A stretch of DNA of 64,000 bases from Octopus vulgaris (lineage: Eukaryota): NCBI GenBank assembly GCA_951406725.2, contig OX597815.1:23870001-23934000 (forward strand). Direction: 5' to 3'. A program made the position numbers and the translations under genes. Numbering within the stretch: the first letter of the stretch is position 1; each line of letters begins with the position of its first letter. The notes below the pieces were generated by a model. The model was not told where the DNA came from. It made no database searches and was given only the letters and a program-made list of their open reading frames with translations. Positions 26,861 to 39,041 of the stretch are shown here, one piece after another.

Positions 26861-27845
26861 ATTATTATTATTGTTATTGTTGCTGTTATATATATTTACT
26901 CATGAAAAAGCTTATTTTTCTGTTTTGTTTATTTAATGGTGTCACTTCCAGAAATGTTTGTGCATAATGCATCTTAATTGCTTGCTCTAATCCCTCCTGT
27001 GAATTACTTTAAACCTGCATTGTTTTTGGTCAGTTGCTGTGCCAACTAATTTATGTTTTTTTGAATGCTAATACCATAAACTATTTAACCACTTGTGCTC
27101 TATTTACATTCATTTCTTAGCTATAAACTCCATTTGTATTGCTTTAAACCCATCTCTCTTAAGAATTTCTAACTGAATTATCTCAGTTTACAGTATATTG
27201 CTCTATTCAGCAATTTTTGGATATGATTACAAATCTCAGAAATGATTGTTTCTTGATTTATAGAGCCAAACCCACTCACAACTGCTTTGTTTTGATAATC
27301 TGATTAAATATATCATTTGAAAGTTGTAATTTTCAAGTCTTGTGTATGTATGTGTGTATTCTGAATGTGATCTGATTTTCTTTTCCCTTTTTTTTTTTTT
27401 TTTTAATTATTATTATTATTTCTTTTATTGCTACTGACCAATCTAATCAAGGATTTAGAGTATTCTGCTTACCTATTAAATATTTCTTTTCTGTTACCCC
27501 AAGCAGTACTAATATAGTTATTTTCTCTTTCTCATTCTTAATATTTTAAGACAGTTCTATGCTGCAACTGACTTGCAATTTTTAAGAAAATTTTCTTATT
27601 CTTTTTGTTGGTCTTGTGGCTAGACTAAGTGAAAGTAATTATCTCATTTGGATATATTTATATAGCCATCTTGATAATGGATTTTCTTTGTAACATTTTA
27701 CATGATTTGGCTAATTCCCTCTGCTGCCAGTTGATCCCTTCGAATTACGAGCTGTGTACGTACCCAAAGTCCATCCCTTATTCAGTCCAGCCAGTGATCT
27801 GAGTAGCATTAATTTTCTCATTCCGCCTCTTTTCACTGCTTACAG

Positions 27846-27968
27846 CTGGGAACAACAAGACTACAGGTTTACCTGAGCAGTCTCCTCCTTCCGCCCATGA
27901 CTCGACTCTGGTCAATTCCGCCAGCTCTGTCCTTCGCTCTGTAGCAATGAATGTTAATCTTCAGCGAG
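27846..27968 (+). CDS. Probable upstream exon of the RAI1/TCF20-like gene (..GNNKTTGLPEQSPPSAHDSTLVNSASSVLRSVAMNVNLQRG); ATG at 27947 is a possible start
   Basis: Pyrimidine-rich acceptor ttttcactgcttacag|, open 123-nt frame, donor G|gtaggt at 27969. The phase-1 end joins in frame to the phase-1 start of the exon at 53530 (G+GT=Gly). Non-repetitive and GC-richer than its surroundings. Confidence 0.6.
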
Positions 27969-28382
27969 GTAGGTATTACTTAGGGCAGCACATTCCACAA
28001 GTGTACCAGTTCAATGCTGAAACACTGTCTTAACTTCAGTGTTACCAATTATTAAAAGGTCTGATCATTCTGTTATCTTAGCATTGTGCACAAACATTTG
28101 GGTTTCATATAAGTACTGTAAACAGTTTGCTTACTTTTTGTTATATTTGTATTTAATTTTATCTGAGTATTATTATTTTTTTTTTCTATTTATTTTCAAG
28201 CAAAATGCTATGACATTTTGTTTCATGAAATCTGTGGATTAATAATGTAGGTAAAAATAACACCTCTGTTACATTGCTGTATTAAATTAGTAAAACAATT
28301 TTATTTAATTCTTTAGAACAAAATTTAAAAATTAGATTACTTGTCATTGTTTTCTTTTTAAGTAAAATCAATAAATTTGATA

Positions 28383-28800
28383 CATCATCATCATACATTC
28401 GTTTTCCATGCTGGTATGGGCTGGACGGTTGACTGGGAACTGGCAAGCCAGGAGGCCGCACCGGGATCCAATCTGATCTGGCAGTGTTTCTACAGCTGGA
28501 TGCTCTTCCTAACGCCAACTGCTCTGAGAGTGTAGTGGGTGCCATGGGAGCCAGTCAGGTGGCACTGACATCAGCCATGTTCAGATGGTTCTTTTTATGT
28601 GCTACTGGCACAGGAGCCAGTCCGGAGGAGGGTGACTTTGACCAGGTTCAGATGGTGCTTTTTATGTACCACCAGCATGGGGAGCCAGTCAGGCGGCACT
28701 GGCAATGACCCACGCATGCATGATGCTTATTGCGTGCCACCAGCACAGGCGCCAGTCAGGCAGCACTGGCATCGGCCACAACTACAATTTCCATTTGATT
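28383..28800 (-). mobile_element. RTE 3' UTR copy with 3-4 diverged internal modules
   Basis: catcatcat tail, tttctacagctggatgctcttcctaacgcc core, repeated gcttttt(a)tgtgcc/gagccagtc units. Confidence 0.8.
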
Positions 28801-29379
28801 ATAAACTTTCATTATAAACTGTCCATGTGAGATGACATAACTATATAACTTAGCTAAGTACATACCTAATAAAGCATTTGTTGCTGTGGAAATATATTAC
28901 AAATATTTGAACGAAAACAAAACCTGTTGTGAGTGAAACCTAGTTGCATAGTAAAATAAATCTTTAAACTTAATGTTTTAAGATAGATTCCCTCCTTCAA
29001 ATGCTCTTATCATTTGAAATAAGGAACACATCTGCTATTGAAGATGTATGTGCAAAATTCATGTACACCTCAGTTCGTAATAAACTGCATCTCTCCAATT
29101 GTGAGGTCTGCTGCATTCACACATTTTACCGAGGATGTTGGAGCATTAAAAATTTTTCTAGTTAGTGTAGGATCTTACATTAACAAATATCTAGCACTGT
29201 TTGTAGGATCAAACAATGCTTCTGAACAGTGTTTTCTGAAATTAGATTTTTTTAAAGTATTGCAGTAACAAAAATGACACTGCCAAAGAAAATATTTTTG
29301 AATTCTACAAAAATTAAATTTGCTGTCTCTGTCTTTCATATTGGGAAAAGAGGTAGCAGTCATGTATTGAGTTGTATTC

Positions 29380-30030
29380 AAGCCGTTATATGTTTTCCCT
29401 GCAGTGTTAAAATATCAAGGGTCTCTTTTTTATTTTTTGAAATTAAGCAGACGTTAAATGATGATGATGGTCTGGTGGAAGGGGGCCGTACCCATTGCCT
29501 TTGCAATATTGGTGAAATAGACATTAATGTTCCTCTTGAATAGTTGTAAGTCAGTGGTTGCAGGAAAAACTTGGTCAGGGAGGACACTAGAGAACTGACA
29601 GCTGGGGAGGAAAGACTGGGTGTAGTGGTGTGTGTATTTGTGGTGGAGGTGTCCGTATAGACAATAAAAAGACGTGAGACAAACGTGAAGAATGCCAGGG
29701 AGGTCACTGTAGCAGCAGCAGCAGAAAAGGTAGAGAGGAGACATTGGTTATATATTGGAATGATTGCTGAATGACTTCTTGCTTCTTTTTTTAAAATTCA
29801 ATCTAGGATGTCTGTATCTGTAGGTGTAGCACTGTCCTAGATGTGAGAGCAGTACTCTATTGTGGATCTCCCTTGTTTTAGAAAGGTCAGTAGTAGTCAG
29901 GGCCAAAAGATTTCTGGCCTACGTGAAATCATTATTATTAAGATGCACATTCACCAAGTGTCATCCTCTGTGGGAGTGAGGCCAAACTTTTGTAGAGGCC
30001 CTGAGGTAATTGCATGTTGTTTAGTGTGAG
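29380..30030 (-). mobile_element. Possible degenerate LINE fragment
   Basis: Composition shift and weak LINE-like peptides only; no clean catalytic motif. Confidence 0.3.
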
Positions 30031-31574
30031 TGGGAAATGATAAACTTAATTCTATCTATTTCACTTTGTATATTTTAGATATGGTTTTGCATATATGTTG
30101 TTTCCTCAACTCCTTTGTTTTTCTGTCTTTTCAACAATCATTATGTAGATATGGAGATGCTTAATAAAAGTTGCTGTTAGAATTTCAGTTCATATTCAGT
30201 TCAACTAATTGGAATCAGTAATGCAATATTATTTGCATCCTAGAATTTATATATACTTACTACAGAATCTCAGTACATTTCATTCCTCTTTTATTTGAAG
30301 TGAAATAATAGTGAATGATCTGATGTGGTAATGAGGCCATGGGTGGATATGGTAATAGACTGTTAAATCTCAGGTCTTGAGTTCATTTTGTGTTATTCTA
30401 CTCCATGCTCTTTTTGTTGTTCATTTAGATACTACCTTTAATTTAACATTGATCACTTAATTTAGTTCTTGGTAGTAGGTGTCAGGTAATTTACAGGAGC
30501 TTTTTGCAATAGACTGGCATTTTATACTTAGGAGATTTATCTCCCATTAATTTAATACTTTGAAACCAGAATTAAGCACTGGTCCTGAGGATATGCTTTA
30601 AACTTATGGAAGCATACAAAGATGAGATATGTATTTTTATACCGATTAAGGTATATATACTGTTTTGACCTCATGAAATTTTTTAGATTTGTGATTTTGT
30701 TATCTTCAGATTTTAAAGCTAATACAGCTGATATTTATAAACAGAAAATAACCTCAAAGTGTATGATGGGTATATATAGGAATTTTCTATGTCTATATTC
30801 AGGTTGTTTTTATACTTGCTGAATGTGGTGAAAAGGGCAGCTCCCTTGATCTTTGCAGATCTTCTGAGAGTGATAACCTCAGTGCTGTTATTGATCAGTT
30901 CACACAGTTGTAGGTCAATATCTACAGGAAATAACAGAGGAAGGATAATATTCTAGAGTGATGATGTACTGGGTTTATGTAAGGCCAAAAGGTTGGAAGT
31001 AACAAGAGTCCAAAGTGGACAAGCGTGTTTAGAGGTACTTGAGTGGAGGGGGTATGAAACTAGCCAGCTCTGAGGAAGAGATGTCATTATAGTAGAAATA
31101 GAGGTAACTGCATGTCTGTGAACCAGAGATCGGAGCACGTCTACTAGTTATTTTATGTCAGTCAATCAAATGTCCTGTGGATGTGGTCCTGAATGTGTGT
31201 AGCAGTAGTACTGTTCCAGATTTGGGAGCAGCATGTGGGTCTTATTTGAGCTTTGTAGTGTGTATTTGTGAATGAATGTGCATGTGTATGTGCACTGTAA
31301 GTTCTAATATCAGCTTTGACTAGTGTGTCTACTATTCAAAGCTGGTATTGAAACTTACAGCATGGAAATTTGGTCTCTGAGTTCAGATATAGTTGATTTT
31401 TATTATTATTATTAATTAATTAATCAATTTATTTATTTATGTTTTGGATTATTCAAATTTCTAAATTTGTTAAATGTTGAAAATGTGAAACTGATAATGT
31501 TTGCTTTTTAAAATGTTTCTAACATGACGTATGAGCTGCTCCATTGAATTCCCTTTCAACTAGACTATGCAATA

Positions 31575-31950
31575 TTGTCATCATTATCATCATTTCAATT
31601 TCCACTTTTCCATGCTTGCATGGATTGGACAGAATTTGTTGAGAGATTTTCTGTGGCTGGATGCCCTTCCTCTCACCTGTTTCCAAGTATGGTAATATTT
31701 CCCTATGATTTGACATTTTCACAGAAGATTGGAAATAAAGGATACTGCTTGTATGAGGGTGACACTTGTTTACGACTATCATGTGATGTCAAAGACAAAA
31801 AGACACTCACACACAGTGCGTATCTTTCAGTTTCCATCTACCAAGTTTACCTACAAAGCTTTGATTAGACTTGAGCCCAAGGTACCATGCTGTGGGTTTG
31901 AACCTGACATTGTGGTTGAGAAACAAGCTTCTTAACTGCACAGCTACACC
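31575..31950 (-). mobile_element. tRNA/CORE-headed SINE with RTE-like GAT tail (degenerate)
   Basis: Head (gagcccaaggtaccatgctgtgggtttgaacc) at the right, ggatgcccttcc core and catcat tail at the left. Confidence 0.65.
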
Positions 31951-34900
31951 ACCTATGCTGGATTAATTATGTACTAGTGGCTGCAATATTTTCAAAATGA
32001 TTTCATGAAAGAATTTAAAATTGAGGAAACTTTGACATTCAAAAGAGCACTAACAAACTGGATTGACTGGATTTGTTATATAAGAGATGCTACAGAGCCG
32101 TGTTGTATGCAGATCCAAGGCTTATGCTAATAATCTCCCTTGAATACATAACTCTTAAAGCTTGAAGTTCTTAATTATGATATTGGTTCGCTTTAAATGT
32201 TGATTTCTTAAGTGTTTCTTATTTTAATAACATTAAGGAATACAGCAATGTTCAACATCATATGGATGGCCGTGCTACTCCATGCAGTAAAATTCTTATT
32301 AATAATCTGTGCAATTCAGTTACCTACCACAAGTAATATAAAAGAATCCTTCCTACACGCTGTTACTATTGATTACCATATTTTCATATAAAACCAAAAA
32401 GACAAAATAGCTGTTGAGTGGAATCGAAATGTGTATAAACAGTCTTGGTTTTTTCGCTGAGTATCTTGTGCATCTTACAATGAAAAATCTTAACAATTCT
32501 TTAATGGGTTTTGTGGTAATTTACATTCTAATTCTTGTTTGTCGCTGTAGCATGTCCTCTAAGCTTTTATTATATCACTGAAACCAAAAATGCTTCTAAC
32601 AATTTTGTTGATGCTTGTTAAAGGAATACATTCTTATGATATCACACACACACACACTTGGAATTGTTTAAAATACATGTCCCTATTTTTATAGTTTTTA
32701 CTTTTATATAAATGTTTCATCTATATTTGAATGAGTAGAATGTTTATAGTTATGTTTTGACCTAATGGTCCTCCATTTACTACTCAACATGGAATAACAA
32801 TGGAATGTATTTTGACATTCAGACAAAATATAGTTGGGCAATGATGCCATGCAGTGACTGTTATAAGTTTTGAACTTTTGACCCTGTGATCAGTGTAGAG
32901 AAACAATTAAACTAATTAGATATGAGAAATAGGTTGGATTGAATAATTTTAAAATGGCAAATATATTTTTCTAAGACAGGTGTTTTTTTAGTTCATACCG
33001 AATTTCTTGTATGCTAATTTTCTTTTAGAGGATTTTGTTTGGTTTGCCTGTGTAATGTCTTACAAGAAATATGGAATTAAAGTGTTTTGCATGTGTTTCA
33101 TCCAAGAAATAATTCATTGTGTGAACTCCTGCCTGGATATCTTATCAGTTAGTGGTTTTAATGTTATTTTACCTTGGGTTATATTTCCATTTTATTCTTT
33201 GTTCAATTCATTGTCAATGATATCACCTTAACCAGAAATATATATATCAATCTTTGACAGTATATTCTTTGTAGGTAAATGGATAGTAATCAGAAACATA
33301 TTGTTGCAGTTCACGGAATTAGCTATAGACATTTTTCTGTTTTTCATTCCTTCAGTTAAGAAAGGGCAATTAATACTTAATGTTTTCTTCATTAAGTAGA
33401 ATCATAACAGCTATACAAAGATATCTAAGAATCCTTCCAAGTGATATGTTGCTATATTTTTCAACACAAAATAATGTCACTCATTAAATTTAATTGCTAT
33501 TAGTGGATTCGTCTAAATTCTTAAGATATAACAGCCAGTTATTTGATGAGCTATGAAAGCATCAATTCTATCTTAAGTGAATTGCTTAGGGAAGTTTTAT
33601 CACCTATTCACTTAAAAATTTCAACACATTTTTAAGGTAGTCAACTCATTGTATGGTATAATCAGTTTTTATTTGCACTTGAGCAGTAAACTGTATGCTC
33701 AGCTGATATCCATTAATAGTTCTTACTACAAAGTCTTTATTATTTTACTAATCATTAATTTAAAAGGAGAGAAATTCAAATAGTTGTGATAAACTCTTGA
33801 CTGTTCCAATTTTGTTTCAGAGAGTCTGAATAATTAGCTCTTATTTTCAATGTTTATTCTATGTAAAATATTTTTCATAACCCATTGTACCTTTGCTGCT
33901 GGTATTGTGAAGGATGCACTTGGAGTGCTTAAAGTATCTGTGATACAATGCTTTCAGTGTCTTCAGTATTGACGTATATCAAACACTTAATGTGATCTGC
34001 TATGACAATCTACTTTAAACTATTAAAACTACACTTAGAGTTTATCTGGTAAAACCCCAACAACTAAATGTGCTGATGGGAAAAATATCATTGGATGCTT
34101 GTTTTATGAAAGTTGAAATGCCACAAGATTAATCTTTCAGTTGTTCTTTTCATAGAATATCCTGTACAGTATTGCAAGTCCTTGGGTGCAGAGATTCAAA
34201 CAGCAGCCTTGACAGACATGCAAAGTGATGTTCCTTCAGCTGCAGAATCATCTTCTCATGCAAACTGAGAATATAGCATTTCTTATCACTAGCCAAGAAA
34301 TTGAAAGCATCTGTAAAACATGGGAGCAATCCAAAACATTTGTCCTTGCCATGCTGTATAAAAAGTGTAAAGAAAAATATTGGCACCAGCTGCTTTCGAA
34401 TATGTTATTTCTGTGGCTCAGACGTTGCTTAATGTGTGAAAGTTCATATGACCTGTGCAGCTTTACAATGTAGAACATAGAGAATGAAATGAATTTTTTT
34501 CCGCTACAAGCTGCTCTGCATCCTTTTCAGTAGTCAGTCACCAATTGTAAAGCTTCTGAAAACTGATCTTTGAGATTGTGGAAGCTCACTGGCTACTCTT
34601 TGGACACACCCTAAGAATGGAGTATACAGCTACAACATTACTTCAATATTGTAGGGTTTAAAATAATCTGTGGTTGGCAATGAACCTATCTTCTAGTGAT
34701 TTTGCATAAGAGCTTCTCTACTTTTACTATAGTAAGGAAGGTGGTGTCATAAGGAATTAAATCAAAGAAATTATATGACCAGTTTCCAACCAACTTCAGC
34801 AACAAAATATTTAAACTAATTATGAGTAAAACTGCAGTTTGTTTTCTTTGTTATCAACTCAGTACTTTTTAAAACTTCATTTCAGCATTTTACTATGTAT

Positions 34901-35053
34901 ATATATATATAATGTATATATACATTCTTCTGATATGCGAATTTTTAAAATTTTTATTGAATTAACCTGATAATGTGATTAAATTAAGCTTATATCATGT
35001 AAGATTCCCATAGCATTTTCAGAGTTCACTTTTACTTTTCAAGTAATCATATA

Positions 35054-35226
35054 GGTGTAGGAGTGGCTGTGTGGTAAGTAGCTTGCTTACGAACCACATG
35101 GTTCCAGGTTCAGTCCCACTGCGTGGCACCTTGGACAAGTGTCTTCTACTATAGCCTTGGGTTGATCAAAGCCTTGTGAGTGGATTTGGTAGATGGAAAC
35201 TGAAAGAAGCTCGTCGTATATCTGTG

Positions 35227-35263
<37 letters not shown>

Positions 35264-35482
35264 GTATATGTGTGTGTGGGTTTGTCCCCCTCCCAACATC
35301 GCTTGACAACCAATGGTGGTGTGTTTACATCTCTGTAACTTAGCAGTTCAGCAAAAGAGACTGATAGAATGAGTACTAGGCTTACAGAGAATAAGTCCTG
35401 GGGTCGATTTGCTCGACTAAAGGCCGTGCTCCAGCAGGGTCACAGTCAAATGACTGAAACTAGTAAAAGAGGGTAAAGAGAG
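35054..35482 (+). mobile_element. Full-length tRNA/CORE-type SINE with internal (TA)/(TG) microsatellite
   Basis: A box tggctgtgtgg, B box ggttcagtccc, CORE-like accttggacaagtg, tail ggggtcgatttgctcgactaaagg..cagtcaaatgactgaaac. Confidence 0.88.
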
Positions 35483-35700
35483 TATATATATGCATGTGGT
35501 GACATTTGTCAGAATATTTGTTACGGTAACTCCATCATATAATAAAAGCTTTTCATGCTCAGGTTATCTCAAATTTCTCTTCTATCCCATGTACCCTTCA
35601 TCACTAAGGCAAAGCACTTCTTCACTAAACATATATTGTCCAATACATTATTTGTCCATACTGTTGCTGTGATGTCTTTTGCATGCAATAATTATTATAA

Positions 35701-37690
35701 CCATCATCATCATTTAATATCTGTTTTCCATGCAGGCAAGGGTTGAACAGTTTGACAGGAGCTGACGAGACTCCAATCGTCTGTTTTGGGATGGTTTCCA
35801 TGGCTGGATGCCCTTCCTAATGCCAACCACTTTACAGAGCGTACTGAATGCTTTTTATATGGCAACAGCATGGGTGCTTTTGTAGCACTGGCATGGGTGC
35901 ATCTTACATGACACTGGCACAGGTACTTTTATGTCATGATAGCACCTATGAGCTTGCAGGACAGGAACCTCTTGGCACACAGAGGGACATGCCTGTATGT
36001 ATATATGGCCATGATTTTCCTTGGTTTGACGTGTTGTCTTAAGCACAGCAAATTATCAGAAGTCTTGGTCTCTTGTCATCTCCTCAATGAGGACCTCTGA
36101 AGATCCTTTCTCACATTTTCCTGGGTCTACTCCTTCCACATGTTCCCTCCATAATTATAATCTCTTGCACACTACATCTGATGCCACTTATACTCAAATT
36201 TCCACTCAAGTCACTTACACTCTGTTGTGCATGCACACTTACATTAATTATCCAACAGAGCATGTTGGTTTCATTTCATTGAAGCCTCTGTATGTCTCCA
36301 GTAGTCACAATCCATATTTCACTACCATGTAGCATAGCTATTTGCACACTGGCATCATACAATCTGCTTTTCACTTTGAAGGAGAGGCCCTCTTTTATTG
36401 ACAAAGGTAGAAGCTGTCTGATCTTTGTCCTGCCTGTTCTTATTCTTGCAACTATGCTCTCAGAGCTTCCTCCTTCACAGTTGATATGGTTGCCTAGGTA
36501 ATCAAAACTATCTACTAAGGATCCACCAAGACATTGGGGGAGTCTATTTTCTGCACATTCCTAATGTTTATTGTACATGCACACAAAGACTACTTTCTCT
36601 GTTAATCTTCCACTGATACTGCTGTATGTCTTCTTATGTGTCCATAGCTTGCACTGGGTACACTGTATGGAGTTTCTACCAACACCTTTTCTACATATCA
36701 AGTAGGGTCACTGCTCTTAAAGGATCAGTGATTTATCTATTTTCCTGCTAATTAGGACTTTAGTCTTTGGTACATTAGCTCTAAAGTCTTTTGATTCCAG
36801 ACTTTGCTTCTACTCCTGGAATTTCTTCTCTAGTTCTGGTAGCAATTCAGCAATAAGAACTAGCTTCCAAGGGCAGCCAGTTTTAAATTCTTCTGTTATA
36901 GCCTCAAGGACTTTGATAAATAAGAGGGAGCTGAGAACTGATTCTTGGTGAACTGTTACCTGTACACTAAATTCCTTGCTATATACATTGACAACTTTCA
37001 CCATCCTGACAGCATCCCCGTAGATGGCTTCTACAGCTCTCAGCAACCACTCGTCTATCTCCAGCTTCCACATTGACCAAAGACAAGGGAGTGGGGGGCC
37101 CTGTCAAAGGGTTTCTTCATGTCAACAAAAGCCAAATACAGAGGTATATTTTTGATTATATACCTTTCCTGCAGTTACCTCACCTGGAGGATAGCATCAG
37201 TAATGCCTCTTCCCAGCACAAAACCAAACTGCATCTCATCTTGGCTAACTCTCTTCCTAATTAATTGAGCTATGACCTTTCCGTAACTTTCTTCAGCAAT
37301 TTGATGATAGTTCTGTAATTATTTCTCTCTAATGTATCACCTTTACTTTTATAGTAGTTGAACATGAAGCTGCTACACCAGTTATTAGGTATGACTCCCT
37401 CATGGACAACCTGATTAACTATACTACTCCCCCAGATATTTTAAGCATCTTAGCAGTAATTCCTGATGGGCTTGGAGTACTTTCACTGTCTTCGTATCCT
37501 TAATTGCTTTATCTACTAAGCTACAATCAATTTGAATAGCCGGTCCCTCTGTCGGGCTCACGTTAGGCAGGCTCTCTCCCCATGCAATTTCTACATTTAG
37601 CAGCCTTTTAGTGTGGTACTTGCAAGCCTCTCTCTTTGTAGAATCACTAACTGCAAGTAAGCCATTGTCGATGCGAATGCACTTCTATTT
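35701..37690 (-). mobile_element. ~2-kb 5'-truncated RTE LINE (RT, Cys-rich region, C-terminus, 3' UTR)
   Basis: VHQESVLSSLLF (GVHQGSVLSP), RKGVGRNSIQCTQC, YLG..ARIRTG..MLHGSE, RPRK, then 3' UTR and catcat tail at 35701. Confidence 0.88.
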
Positions 37691-38656
37691 GCTTTTTACC
37701 TGATTCTGAAATTAATTTTAGACATCCTTCAAAATCCTTAACTGTTTCCTCTATGATTGTTCCATGACTTCTGGATTTACAATATAGTATCATACTTCTA
37801 ATACATAAGTCTGTATTCTATTTGGATAGAGAATCTCTCTTGTAAATAGGGACATTTCTTTTAGGAATATCAACTAATTATCTGAACTTGTTATCATTAC
37901 CTTCACAATTAATCAGGTCATCTAATATTTATTTGTTATGGAATGTAGCAAAACTGTTGAATCTCGCACAAGCATTTCAGATGTTTTCTTTAAATTTCTT
38001 GTGTCTAAAATAGATTATTTGCTAAGAGCTTTATCACATTATAAATTAGTGTATTTTGCTTTGTTAAACTTAGAAGAAATTGAATATTTACATGCTTTTG
38101 TCTGTGTGTAGACTTTCAACCTTTGCTTGTTTATAAAAGTAGATCTTTACCTATTAATGGTGATGGAAGTGTATTAAGTTTGAAATGATTTTCTTATGTG
38201 TTCAGAATCTGAGCTAAAATGATGAGCATGATGATTCTACTTATTTGCTATTTCTCTAACAAAAAGGACAATGGCATTAACAATGGGAGCAGCATCACAT
38301 TTTGGCCATTGTGCAATTGCAATGATAATTTGCATTCTAACAGAAATATTTCATTGTTCTGAATTTAGTGTATGGCAAAAGCTGTTTTCAACATATCTAT
38401 TTCTCATGTTCAATAGTTTGTTCCAAAATCAGTGCATTATCTGCTAAGCACATATTCTGATATTGTAGACATCTCTAAAAGCTAAAGCAAAGCTATGCTT
38501 ACACTGTAGATTAATAGCTGTTTGATTCCACTCTTGTATTTAGTTCATATAGAAAACTGGACATCATCATCATTGTTTAACATCCATCTTCCATGCATGC
38601 ATAGGCTCTTTGACTTATTACTTTCAATGATGTTGGCATTACTATAGTACCCCAAT

Positions 38657-39041
38657 GTGGAGGCGCAATGGCCCCGTGGTTAGGGCAGCAGACTCGCGGT
38701 CATAGGATCGCGGTTTCGATTTCCAGACCGGGCGTTGTGAGTTTTTATTGAGCGAAAACACCTAAGACTGCACGAGGCTCCGGCAGGGATGGTGGTGATC
38801 CCTGCTGTACTCTTTCACCACAACCTTCTCTCACTCTTTCTTCCTGTTTCTGTTGTACCTGTATTTCAAAGGGCCGGCCTTGTCACTCTCTGTGTCACGC
38901 TGAATATCCCCGAGAACTACGTTAATGGTACACGTGTCTGTGGAGTGCTCAGCTACTTACACGTTAATTTCACGAGCAGGCTGTTCCGTTGATTCGGATC
39001 AACCGGAACCCTCGTCGTCGTAACCGACGGAGTGCTTCCAC
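38657..39041 (+). mobile_element. Young tRNA-derived SINE (third family) with 11-bp TSD
   Basis: A box tggccccgtgg, B box ggtttcgattt; TSD agtaccccaat at 38646-38656 and 39042-39052; near-identical to 62386-62762. Confidence 0.92.

Noticed and set aside
33850-34740. Possible decayed DNA-transposase (MULE/hAT-like LVTD..FH remnants on minus strand)
   Set aside because: Motifs too short and broken to support without a profile search.
38657-38730. tRNA-like sequences here and at 35054, 49213 and 62386
   Set aside because: A/B boxes are present but there is no complete cloverleaf or acceptor stem; they are SINE heads followed by family bodies and TSDs.
38930-39030. Resemblance to a pistol ribozyme (CGTG..CACG-TTAA..GTTGAT-TCGG-ATCA)
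   Set aside because: P2 and the conserved catalytic junction could not be placed; reported only as a structured SINE tail.
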